From Patescibacteria group bacterium (GTDB lineage Bacteria; Patescibacteriota; Patescibacteriia; SG8-24; DYFX01), in contig JBAZZB010000002.1 of NCBI GenBank assembly GCA_041659045.1, positions 231,412 through 295,411 on the forward strand: DNA of 64,000 nucleotides, written 5' to 3'. Every line of letters begins with the position of its first letter. Position 1 is the first letter of the stretch. Of the stretch, positions 1 to 8,096 are shown piece after piece. Below the pieces are notes generated by a model, which saw nothing but the letters and a program-made list of their open reading frames with translations, did not search any database and was not told the origin of the DNA. Both the position numbers and the translations under genes were made by a program.

Positions 1-408
1 GCCGACGACGAAGCCCTTCATCATGCCGGGATCGAGCGCCTCCGCGGATCCGCTCTCCTCAGTCGGCTTCTTGCCTTCCTTGGGAGCATCGCCCGCACCG
101 CGCCCCATGGCATCGATCGCTTCGTTGAACGCCTCGTAGACAACGTCTCCGAGGAAGCCGGGGATGAGCTTCTTGACCTCATCCTTCGGCAGCTCGAACA
201 CGTTGCCCAGGAACTCGATGCCCTTCGAAATCAGGGCGTGGGCTCCGGGCACCATTTCCTCGAGGTTCTCCCCGAGCTGGCCCTTCTTGATCAGGCTGCT
301 CAGGAGCGACTCGAGCACGGAGGGAAGCTTCCCACCGAGCTTGTAGCCGAACTTGTCGGCCTGTGAACCGAGGAGCTTCGCGAGATTGAATAGCTTGTCA
401 TCGGACAT
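1..408 (-). CDS. hypothetical protein, partial (the ORF runs off the window 5' edge)
   Basis: The minus-strand ATG is at 406-408. The open frame continues to position 1 and translates MSDDKLFNLAKLLGSQADKFGYKLGG... The ORF track omits it because there is no stop inside the window. Confidence 0.4.
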   Translation of the reverse strand, partial: MSDDKLFNLAKLLGSQADKFGYKLGGKLPSVLESLLSSLIKKGQLGENLEEMVPGAHALISKGIEFLGNVFELPKDEVKKLIPGFLGDVVYEAFNEAIDAMGRGAGDAPKEGKKPTEESGSAEALDPGMMKGFVVG

Positions 409-579
409 GTGAACTCCAGGTTGTCGAGGACCGACGAACCGGCCTCAGATTTAAGGCCGATTGCCACGTCTCTGGGGCAGAACTCCTGCTTCCAGCGTGA
501 CCGGGCAGTCTAGCACAAAGTTAGCTTTTTGTCAAGAGTTTTTGACACTATTTTGGCTATGATTAGGCCAGAAATACGC

Positions 580-608
580 TTGCGAAATGCAAAAAAGCCC
601 GATATACT
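580..608 (+). promoter_or_regulatory. putative sigma70-type promoter of hsp20 (TTGCGA-N17-TATACT)
   Basis: The -35 TTGCGA is at 580-585, followed by a 17-nt spacer and the -10 TATACT at 603-608, about 35 nt upstream of the hsp20 start. Confidence 0.4.
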
Positions 609-641
609 CTAAAAGGTTCTTATTCATATCTTCCCAGGGAT

Positions 642-1043
642 ATGGCCAAGCGAAAGGCGCAGGCAAAGAAAAACGAAGCGGTGAAGGTCGAGGAGCCTTG
701 GTTGGCCGACGAACTCGAGGGGCAACTCTCGGTCGACGTCTACCAAAAAGGCAACACTATCATTGTAAAATCAACGATCGCCGGGGTTGAACCTGAGGAC
801 CTCGAGATCTTCCTCAATCGCGACATGCTCACGATCAAGGGCAAGCGCGAGCACGAGGGACGCGTCGAGCGCGGCGACTATTTTATCCGCGAATGCTATT
901 GGGGACGTTTCTCGCGAACGATTATTCTGCCGAGCGACGTAAAGAGCGAAGAGGCGAAAGCGACTTTGAAAGATGGCGTTCTGACGATCGCTATGCCGAA
1001 AGCGCAGCACTCCCGCACTATCCCCGTAAAACTCATCATCTAA
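642..1043 (+). CDS. hsp20: small heat-shock protein, Hsp20/alpha-crystallin family
   Basis: 133 aa. The alpha-crystallin domain signature GVLTIAMPK and the overall Hsp20 architecture are present. Confidence 0.85.
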   Translation: MAKRKAQAKKNEAVKVEEPWLADELEGQLSVDVYQKGNTIIVKSTIAGVEPEDLEIFLNRDMLTIKGKREHEGRVERGDYFIRECYWGRFSRTIILPSDVKSEEAKATLKDGVLTIAMPKAQHSRTIPVKLII

Positions 1044-2960
1044 ATGTTCGATCGCCTCAAAAAAATCCTGCCGACTTCTCCCAGACACCTGGTGCTTGCA
1101 GGCGTTTTTTGTCTGCTCTTGATTTCGGGTCTCATCATGGTTCAGGTCGCGCGCGCGGACGGACGCATTTTGCCGAACGTGACGATCGGCGGTATTGATG
1201 TCGGCGGACTGACTCCGGATGAAGCGAAGACGAGACTCGACAACGCGCTCCGTGCATTGAACGTCGCTGGCGTACAGTTCCGCTATCAGGATCGTTCGTT
1301 GACCGTACGCGCCAATGACGTGAGCGCCGCGACGCCGACACAATCCCCCATCACCTACGATCTCAGCGGCATGGTGAACAGCGCCTTCGCCTTCGGTCAC
1401 GAAGATGGTAAGACCTCGCTGATCAAAGCGAACGTGCGCGCGCTCTTTGCTGACGTACGACAGCCTGTGCAACTTGTCGTGAACAAACAAGCGTTGCGTG
1501 ATCTTCTTGCGTTGCGCTTTAGCGAACTCGAACAGCCAGCACGCGACGCGGCGCTCACAATTGAACGTGTTGAGACTTCTTCAGGCAACGCGTCATCGAC
1601 GCCAACAACACGCGTTGACTGGCGCGTAAATGTTACTCCGGATTCGACAGGCATCACGTTTGATTACGATCGCGTCATCGACGAAGCGGCATCGGCACTG
1701 GAACGTTGGCAGGGCGTAGCGCTTGAACTTCACGCAACCACGAAAGTTCCGAGCGTCACCGTGACGGAGGCTGAGGGTGTCGTCGAGCGCGCGAAACAAG
1801 TTTTGGCTCGCGGTGACGCCAGCTTGGCCTACGACGACATGACCTGGTCGCTTTCTGACAAGGAGGTCGCAAAAGCCCTTATTGTATCGAGAAAAAGTGA
1901 CGGCCTTGTGGGACTGACTCTCAAACGCGACGTCTTAGAACCGCTCTTGAAAGAGGCGGCGAATGAAATCGAAAGCGATCCAAAACCCACGCGTTTCATT
2001 GTTGGTGAAGATGGTCGTGCGCACGACTTCCAAGGAGGCTCGCTCGGCAAGACTGTCGATTATGCAGCAAGCCTTGCGCGCGTCGATGAGCTGTTCGACA
2101 CCTCGGAGAACGGCATCTTCCCGATCGCTGTCACGACCGTCGCGGCCCCCGCATCGGATCCGATCGCCGAAGAACTCGGTATCAGCGAGATGCTCGGCTA
2201 TGGCACATCGAATTTTTCCGGCAGCCCAAAGAATCGGCGCATCAACATCGCGAACGGCGCCGCGCGACTCAACGGCATCATCGTGAAACCTGGCGAAGAA
2301 GTCGGTCTCATCGATTACTTGAAACCGTTTGATGCATCGGGCGGCTACGTACCGGAACTTGTCATCAAAGGCAACCGCACGGTACCGGAGTATGGTGGCG
2401 GCCTCTGCCAGATCGGCACGACAACGTTCCGTGCCACGATGGGCGCCGGTCTCCCGATCACGCAGAGGCAGAACCATTCGTATCGCGTGCGCTACTACGA
2501 ACCTGCCGGCACCGATGCGACATTGTATGACCCTGCTCCCGATTTCAAATTCGTAAACGACACGAAGTCGCATGCGATCTTGATTACGAAGATCACTGGC
2601 GATATCGCTCGATTCGAATTCTGGGGCACGCGCGACGGTCGCGTGCAGAAACAAGGGCCGATCAAGACATGGAACATCACCGCGCCGCCGGCTCCGAAAC
2701 TGATCGAAACTTCAGAACTCGCGGAAGGCGTGAAGAAATGTTTCGAATCTCCGCACGCCGGAGCAACGACGAACTTCACCTACTCGATCACCTATCCAGA
2801 CGGCACCGTGAAGGCACAAGACTTCCGTAGTGTCTACAAGCCGTGGCAGCAACAATGTCTCGTCGGCAAAGCGGGTGCGCCGCGTATCTCGCTCGGCAGA
2901 GACGGTTCGGTCAAAGAATTGCCACCGCTCGAATCGGCGACGAGCACGCCGGCGATTTAG
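1044..2960 (+). CDS. VanW family protein (membrane-anchored)
   Basis: 638 aa with an N-terminal TM helix. The motif YGGGLCQIGTTTFRA matches the VanW domain GGGvCQ core. The start ATG directly abuts the hsp20 stop. Confidence 0.65.
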   Translation: MFDRLKKILPTSPRHLVLAGVFCLLLISGLIMVQVARADGRILPNVTIGGIDVGGLTPDEAKTRLDNALRALNVAGVQFRYQDRSLTVRANDVSAATPTQSPITYDLSGMVNSAFAFGHEDGKTSLIKANVRALFADVRQPVQLVVNKQALRDLLALRFSELEQPARDAALTIERVETSSGNASSTPTTRVDWRVNVTPDSTGITFDYDRVIDEAASALERWQGVALELHATTKVPSVTVTEAEGVVERAKQVLARGDASLAYDDMTWSLSDKEVAKALIVSRKSDGLVGLTLKRDVLEPLLKEAANEIESDPKPTRFIVGEDGRAHDFQGGSLGKTVDYAASLARVDELFDTSENGIFPIAVTTVAAPASDPIAEELGISEMLGYGTSNFSGSPKNRRINIANGAARLNGIIVKPGEEVGLIDYLKPFDASGGYVPELVIKGNRTVPEYGGGLCQIGTTTFRATMGAGLPITQRQNHSYRVRYYEPAGTDATLYDPAPDFKFVNDTKSHAILITKITGDIARFEFWGTRDGRVQKQGPIKTWNITAPPAPKLIETSELAEGVKKCFESPHAGATTNFTYSITYPDGTVKAQDFRSVYKPWQQQCLVGKAGAPRISLGRDGSVKELPPLESATSTPAI

Positions 2961-3032
2961 ACTCACCCCCCTACCCCCTCTCTTTCAGAGAGGGGGTTTT
3001 GGTATCTGGAATCCTCCCCTGAAAGGGGAGGT
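2960..3032. repeat. approximately 75-bp repeat element, copy A (two hairpins: CCCCCTCTCT-TTCA-GAGAGGGGG and CCTCCCCT-GAAA-GGGGAGG)
   Basis: About 90% identical to the reverse complement of 27175-27247. The element starts immediately after the vanW-like stop codon. Confidence 0.6.
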
Positions 3033-3059
3033 GGCCGAAGGCCGGAGGGGTCTTAAACA

Positions 3060-3096
3060 AAAAAACCCTCGACATACGTCGGGGGTCTTTTTTTCT
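3060..3096 (+). terminator. intrinsic terminator (A-run, CCCTCGACATACGTCGGGGG hairpin, T-run)
   Basis: A GC-rich hairpin at 3066-3085 is flanked by a 5' A-run and a 3' T-run. It belongs to the CGAC-NTAN-GTCG hairpin family seen at four loci. Confidence 0.5.
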
Positions 3097-3443
3097 CCAG
3101 TATTTACGGAGTGGTCTGCAGAAAATCGCGCTCAAGAAGGTATCTGATAGAAGCGTTCGAGCCGGAGCCCGAAGTACCCTATGAGCTACCTCCATGCTTG
3201 TCGTGAGCGCGAGTTCCTATAGACCAGTGTGATTGGATCCGAAACGGTCGGGCTGTGACACAGAATGCAGAGCGCGGTGCTCAAGCAACGTCGAACACTA
3301 CCACGGGGTGGAAAACCTGTCAAGGAAATCATTCGGCTGTTTCACGAAATGTTTCATGTTTTATTGACGTTTTTAAGGCGAGCCGGGCATTTTTAGCCTT
3401 ATTTTGCCGTGTTTTGTCTGTCTGAAACCATTGACAAAATAGG

Positions 3444-3472
3444 CTTTTTGTGATATCCTGCTTCACATGAGC
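3444..3472 (+). promoter_or_regulatory. putative promoter (TTGACA-N17-TATCCT) at the island entry, overlapped by an ACAAAA/TTTTGT inverted repeat
   Basis: The sequence reads TTGACAaaataggctttttgtgaTATCCT. The imperfect palindrome ACAAAAtaggctTTTTGT overlaps the spacer and is a possible operator. Confidence 0.4.
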
Positions 3473-3536
3473 CTAGTCGCGGCTTTGCGACGAGCGCTCC
3501 CGTATTGCACGAAACCACCTGACTCAGGAGCACGCC

Positions 3537-3989
3537 GTGTCCAACCGCAAGCACCTTTCCTCGCTCCTCTCCAAGGAGACCAGCAACAAGGCCCTCGACG
3601 AGATCGAGGATCGCCGCATGAACGCCGAGCGCATGCGCGGCAAGTTCTGCGGCAGCAACCCGCCCTCGCGCTACATCGGGCTCTACGATGCCGTGGAGGT
3701 TGACGACGGCCGACTCGACCCGTTCGAGCGCAGCGGCTTCATCTCGGACGATCAGATCCCCGACGACCACGAGCCGTACGTGGAGGAGGACGACGAGGAG
3801 TACCTCGTCAGCGGCGGACTCCCGCCGGCCCCCACCAAGGCGACGCCTCACGGACCGCGCTCCAGCCAGAACTACGCGAAGAGCTACTACGACAGGCTGC
3901 CGCCGCTCAGCTGCGTGACCGTGATCATCAAGGGTCGCGGCCAGGTGCCGTACAAGGAGGTGCGCGAGCAGCTCCGCACGCAGCGCTGA
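3537..3989 (+). CDS. hypothetical protein (GC-rich island gene 1)
   Basis: 150 aa with a GTG start, preceded by CAGGAG. GC3 is high. Confidence 0.5.
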   Translation: MSNRKHLSSLLSKETSNKALDEIEDRRMNAERMRGKFCGSNPPSRYIGLYDAVEVDDGRLDPFERSGFISDDQIPDDHEPYVEEDDEEYLVSGGLPPAPTKATPHGPRSSQNYAKSYYDRLPPLSCVTVIIKGRGQVPYKEVREQLRTQR

Positions 3990-4028
3990 TCCTTCCCCCA
4001 TACATTCCCAGTCCAGTCAGGAGACACC

Positions 4029-4184
4029 ATGTTCGACACCGAAGACAACAGCAAGCTCATCGAGTCCCTCAACACCCTCAACATCACCCTCCAGAAGGTG
4101 CGCATCGACGGCACCTACCTCTTCACCGAGGACGACGTCGAGAACGCCGAGAAGTTCATCCGCACCTTCAACGAGGCGGCGTGA
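4029..4184 (+). CDS. hypothetical small protein (51 aa)
   Basis: The ATG is at 4029 and the TGA at 4182-4184. It translates MFDTEDNSKLIESLNTLNITLQKVRIDGTYLFTEDDVENAEKFIRTFNEAA. It is below the 60-aa cutoff of the ORF track. Confidence 0.4.
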   Translation: MFDTEDNSKLIESLNTLNITLQKVRIDGTYLFTEDDVENAEKFIRTFNEAA

Positions 4185-4351
4185 TGAAGATGATCGTCGC
4201 TTCCACCCAGAAGATCCGGGCAACGGCCTGGTACGAAGACTGCAGCCGCTACTCGGCGCAGTTCAACTGGCCCTTCGGCACCGGCGCCATCGTGGCGATC
4301 CTGCTCTTGATCGCCATCCTGGCGATCACGGGCGTCACCGCCAACCTCTGA
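4184..4351 (+). CDS. hypothetical small membrane protein (55 aa)
   Basis: A TGATG stop-start overlap couples it to the previous ORF. It translates MKMIVASTQKIRATAWYEDCSRYSAQFNWPFGTGAIVAILLLIAILAITGVTANL, with a C-terminal TM helix. Confidence 0.4.
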   Translation: MKMIVASTQKIRATAWYEDCSRYSAQFNWPFGTGAIVAILLLIAILAITGVTANL

Positions 4352-4490
4352 AGCGCTAGCGCTTCACTCAGTCTCGGGGAGAGTGACGACCTCCCCTTCC
4401 GCAATTGGCTCCCGAATCTATCGGGGCCCGATGCCGGAACAACCGGATCGCCAGTCAGAGTCCGCAGTACCGTACAACAAGGAGATCGAG

Positions 4491-5396
4491 ATGCAGCAGA
4501 ACGATTGCTTCAACCCCCGCGAGATCAAGCTCCTCACGTGGAGCCTGCGCGGAACCCCGCTCTACATTCTCATGGTCGTGATCGTGAAGCTCGCGACCGG
4601 CTGCGTCACGATCGAAGGTGACGATCCCGACATCATCGTCGTGAACGAGCCCGACGATCCCGAGCAGCCCGAGCCCCAGCCGGAGCCGACCGAGCCCGAC
4701 CTCGCCCCGCCCGATCCGCAGCCGGAGCCCGAGCCCTGGTGCGGGATGGAGACCGACATCACCGAGACCGACACCCCCGCCTTCGGCGAGGACTGGACGA
4801 ACGGACATCCGTTCGAAGTCGGTGGCGGCGTCGGCGCCATCGACATCGTCAGCGCGCCGGACTTCGTCTATGTGGTACTGAACTACTACGACGAGAGCAA
4901 CCTTCGGCGCCAGTACTGGGTCGTCGGCCAGCAGCTCGGCGTGAGCTACGTCGGTTGCGAGTTCTGGGTCCAGGACGTGGCGACCGACACGGCGAGGGCG
5001 CACATCTTGGTCAGCCGCATCTGTTGGTCCGAAGGCGGCACGGTCAACCACCGTGCCACCACCCTGTCGACGATCGACGTCGAGGAAGGACTGAATGGCA
5101 TCTGGCATCTCTGGGAGCTCGAGCAAGAGCAGGGCTGTCGGAACTACCAGATCGCGGCTGATGGCGCTGAGCTCGTCCTCGGAACGTACAACTGCCAGAC
5201 CGGGGGTCTCAGCGTCCGCCCGCTGCATCGCATGAGCGGCAACATCTGGGTCGGTGAGGAGAACATCCTCGTCGAGTACAACTACCCCTGGGCCTTCCAG
5301 CGCTTCATCGCATTCAACGCGACCGACGGCCTGCTGACCTACGAGCTCGCCGGCCAGCGCGACGTCCAGACCACCCGCTACCGCGCCTGCGAGTAG
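4491..5396 (+). CDS. hypothetical secreted/lipoprotein, paralog 1 (motif CVTIEGDDPDIIVV, Pro/Glu-rich linker, DWTNGH motif)
   Basis: The likely start is MQQNDCF, preceded by AAGGAG with a 7-nt spacer. The N-terminus has a hydrophobic segment ending ..LATGC. It shares the CVT(I/V)EGDDPD(I/T)IVV and DWTNGH motifs with the 6174..7964 ORF. Confidence 0.55.
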   Translation: MQQNDCFNPREIKLLTWSLRGTPLYILMVVIVKLATGCVTIEGDDPDIIVVNEPDDPEQPEPQPEPTEPDLAPPDPQPEPEPWCGMETDITETDTPAFGEDWTNGHPFEVGGGVGAIDIVSAPDFVYVVLNYYDESNLRRQYWVVGQQLGVSYVGCEFWVQDVATDTARAHILVSRICWSEGGTVNHRATTLSTIDVEEGLNGIWHLWELEQEQGCRNYQIAADGAELVLGTYNCQTGGLSVRPLHRMSGNIWVGEENILVEYNYPWAFQRFIAFNATDGLLTYELAGQRDVQTTRYRACE

Positions 5397-5417
5397 CTCG
5401 CTCCTTCTCATGTCCGT

Positions 5418-5515
5418 CCTCTGAGGCGACGCGGCGCGTTCGACCACGAACGACGCCGCGTCGCCTTCAGCCCTTGGGCCACCGAGCAACGTGCTCGGAG
5501 ACCGAGGCCCTGAAG
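5418..5515 (+). repeat. conserved structured intergenic element, copy E1
   Basis: CTGAGGCGACGCGGCG (5421-5436) pairs with CGCCGCGTCGCCTTCAG (5454-5470). A second stem follows, CCCTTGGGCC-ACCGAGCA-ACG-TGCTCGG-AGACCGA-GGCCCTGAAG (5471-5515). CTTCAG is complementary both to the 5' CTGAGG and to the 3' CTGAAG. Confidence 0.5.
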
Positions 5516-5549
5516 CTCCCAGTACTCATCGGATCCAAAAGGACACACC

Positions 5550-6050
5550 GTGCGCAAGCTCTTCACCTCATTCAGCGGTCTCATACTCCTCCTGAGCAAG
5601 GACGAACAGAACATCCAGCAGGAGGACCTCGACTCTGGACTCTTCTACTTCGGGTGCGTGCGCGAACACCTGTTCGGATCACTCGAAGAAGACGGACCCG
5701 AACCTTCCAAGGAGGATCTGCTCTCCAGGAAGTGGTCGGAGCGTATCGCTCAAACGTACTCACAGCGGTTCGTCCGCAGGAAGCAGGCGCTCGCGCGCAT
5801 CCGGGAGACGATCCTCAAGGCGGAGGAGCAGGGCCGCGTCCTCTGGCGCCCCACACCAGCGGATGAGCGCAGCTACAGCGCCTTCAACGCCTTCCTGACC
5901 CAACACGGTCTCACTCCGATCAACCTCGACGACCTGTCGCATGACCGCTACAGCCTGTCGAACGACCGGTTCCACTCCCACGACGCCGCGGCACTGCTCG
6001 CGACGGCGGGTGAGCTGGAGGTCTGGACTCACATGCGCGTCACCGACTGA
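5550..6050 (+). CDS. hypothetical protein (island gene)
   Basis: 166 aa with a GTG start, preceded by AAGGA. Confidence 0.5.
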   Translation: MRKLFTSFSGLILLLSKDEQNIQQEDLDSGLFYFGCVREHLFGSLEEDGPEPSKEDLLSRKWSERIAQTYSQRFVRRKQALARIRETILKAEEQGRVLWRPTPADERSYSAFNAFLTQHGLTPINLDDLSHDRYSLSNDRFHSHDAAALLATAGELEVWTHMRVTD

Positions 6051-6067
6051 CGTCACTCTCGTTCTTT

Positions 6068-6139
6068 CCTCTGGGAGGACATCGCGTCCTCTTCAGCCCT
6101 GGGCCACCGAGCAACGTGCTCGGCGACCGAGGCCCTGAA
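6068..6139 (+). repeat. conserved structured intergenic element, copy E2
   Basis: The stem CTGGGAGGAC..GTCCTCTTCAG is followed by CCCTGGGCCACCGAGCAACGTGCTCGGCGACCGAGGCCCTGAA. The second stem is 48 of 50 identical to E1. Confidence 0.5.
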
Positions 6140-6173
6140 ACGACTGTACGAGACACCACCGCGAGGAGACAGC

Positions 6174-7964
6174 ATGCGCACCTTGACCTTGATCGCTTTC
6201 GTGATTGCCGCTTGTGCGGCCTGCGTCACCGTCGAAGGCGACGACCCCGACACCATCGTCGTGATCGACGACAACGACTGCGACGGCGGCGTTCCGGAGA
6301 CGGACGCCGCGCCGGAGCCCGATGCGTCACCCGACGCTTCGCCCGACGCCGCGCCCGTGCTTCCCTTCCTCCACTTCCTGTTCGGCGGACCGCCGAGCGG
6401 GACGGAGGTCGCGACCGGCGCCCAGAACGAGCCGGTGCTGTGCTACAACATGTCGGCGAACGCTGACATGGAGATCCGGCGCTTCCGCGTCCGACTCAGT
6501 GCCCAGCACGGATTCCTGCTCAACGGTTCCACCCCCCGGTTCGGCGACATCAAGATCGTCGGCGGGAGCGGAAACGTGATCGCGGGTCCGATGGAGCTCG
6601 ATGTCGGTGGCAGCAGCTGGACGCAGACGTTCGTGATGAACGACGTCTTCGGTCTCGCTGCCGGCCAGACGACCGGTGGTTGCATCCAGCTGGATGTGAG
6701 CGCCGACCGAGGGCTGCACAACGAGCACATCGCGGTCGCACTGCTGCCGTTCGAGCTGGGAGACGTCGTCGTCACTGGCGACAACTCCTCGCTCCCGCTC
6801 TCACAGAGCGACATCGGCAGCGGCCTCTCGACCGAGCTCGTGCTCAAGGCTCCCCCTGGCGTCATGACCTACACGCTCGCTCCGGACGACACTGAGTCCG
6901 CGGCAAGCATCGTGGTCGGCAGCTCGACGAACGTCGTGCTCGCCAAGTTCCGCTTCATGGCGCAGAACGAAAGCCTGAAGCTCACGAAGGTGCGCTTCCG
7001 GCTGACCGATGTCGTGTTCGATCCGTCCGTTCCGCACGGCGTGGCGCAAGTCACGCTCTGGGACGGCGCAACGCACGTCGCCGGCCCCGTTCCTCCGACC
7101 GCATCCGGTTTCATCGACTTCTCGGGCTTCACCTTCACCGTCCCCCAGGACGGCACGAAGACGCTGACCGTGAAGGCGACGCTGAACCAGGTCGGTCCGG
7201 CGGGCGCGAACACCGGCATCGATGTCGGCGTCACGCTCTGCTCCGGAAACAACACCCAGACCTGCTGGACCGGCGGCCCCGACCCGATGGAAGACGGAAC
7301 GTACGAAGTGCGCAGCGCGGCGACCAACGCCGTGGTTGACACGATCGGAAATTCCGGCAACATCCAGGGACGCGCGAAGATCCTGCGCAAGACGAAGCCG
7401 ACCGTGACGCTGAACAGTCTGCCGTCGTCGACCCTGTCGAACGGCACGCAGACGATTTCTCGCTTCACGATCACGGCAGATGCTGCGGGGGACGTCTCGC
7501 TGAAGACCATCTTGCTCCAGTCGACACTCGTTGACACCGGCTCCGCGATCCTCTCGATCTCGTCGCCGGCGCTTCGGGAAGTTGGCCAGGGCACGAACCT
7601 GCCGATCGTGCCGTTCGCGGTGATCTGCATCGCCAGCTCGAACTGTGTGACGCAGCTGACCTTCGCAACCGAGGAAGTCATCGCTGCAGGAACGGCCCGA
7701 ACGTACGAACTTCGCGTGAACGTCACCGGAGCGGACGTGACGGGTGAGTCGATCAGCACGAAGCTGCTCGGCGATACGACGCGCGTCACGGGGTCCCTCG
7801 CGGGTTTCGATGGCGAAGCGGTCGGTACCGGTGCCTATCACTTCATCTGGTCGGACAACAGTGCGATCCCGCACAGCGCGGTCGTCGGCGGCTCTGCCGA
7901 CTGGACCAACGGACATCTTGTCCGCGCCCTGCCGACGGACTCGCAGACGCTCGTCCGCAACTGA
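6174..7964 (+). CDS. hypothetical lipoprotein, paralog 2 (lipobox IAAC, repeated beta-rich modules)
   Basis: 596 aa. The signal peptide MRTLTLIAFVIAAC carries a lipobox Cys and the start is preceded by GAGGAG. It contains the same CVTVEGDDPDTIVV and DWTNGH motifs as the 4491..5396 ORF. Internal KxRFRL-type repeats suggest Ig-like beta modules. Confidence 0.6.
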   Translation: MRTLTLIAFVIAACAACVTVEGDDPDTIVVIDDNDCDGGVPETDAAPEPDASPDASPDAAPVLPFLHFLFGGPPSGTEVATGAQNEPVLCYNMSANADMEIRRFRVRLSAQHGFLLNGSTPRFGDIKIVGGSGNVIAGPMELDVGGSSWTQTFVMNDVFGLAAGQTTGGCIQLDVSADRGLHNEHIAVALLPFELGDVVVTGDNSSLPLSQSDIGSGLSTELVLKAPPGVMTYTLAPDDTESAASIVVGSSTNVVLAKFRFMAQNESLKLTKVRFRLTDVVFDPSVPHGVAQVTLWDGATHVAGPVPPTASGFIDFSGFTFTVPQDGTKTLTVKATLNQVGPAGANTGIDVGVTLCSGNNTQTCWTGGPDPMEDGTYEVRSAATNAVVDTIGNSGNIQGRAKILRKTKPTVTLNSLPSSTLSNGTQTISRFTITADAAGDVSLKTILLQSTLVDTGSAILSISSPALREVGQGTNLPIVPFAVICIASSNCVTQLTFATEEVIAAGTARTYELRVNVTGADVTGESISTKLLGDTTRVTGSLAGFDGEAVGTGAYHFIWSDNSAIPHSAVVGGSADWTNGHLVRALPTDSQTLVRN

Positions 7965-7987
7965 CGTTCCTTCACCCTCAACCACAA

Positions 7988-8067
7988 CTCTGTAGCGCTC
8001 GGGGATGTTCGCATCCCCTTCAGCCTCCGACATCCACGCGCTCATGCTGGATGCCGAAGCCCTGAAT
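7988..8067 (+). repeat. conserved structured intergenic element, copy E3
   Basis: The hairpin GGGGATGttcgCATCCCC is followed by TTCAGCC. An inner hairpin CATCCA..TGGATG ends in GCCCTGAAT. The outer CTTCAG/CTGAA pairing is conserved while the inner stem differs from E1 and E2. Confidence 0.45.
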
Positions 8068-8096
8068 CCGACAGTTCTTCAAAAGAGAGGTCCGCC

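Noticed and set aside
527-544. CIRCE (HrcA) or HAIR (HspR) operator upstream of hsp20.
   Set aside because: TTGTCAAGAGTTTTTGACA matches neither TTAGCACTC-N9-GAGTGCTAA nor CTTGAGT-N7-ACTCAAG. It is reported only as an unclassified palindrome.
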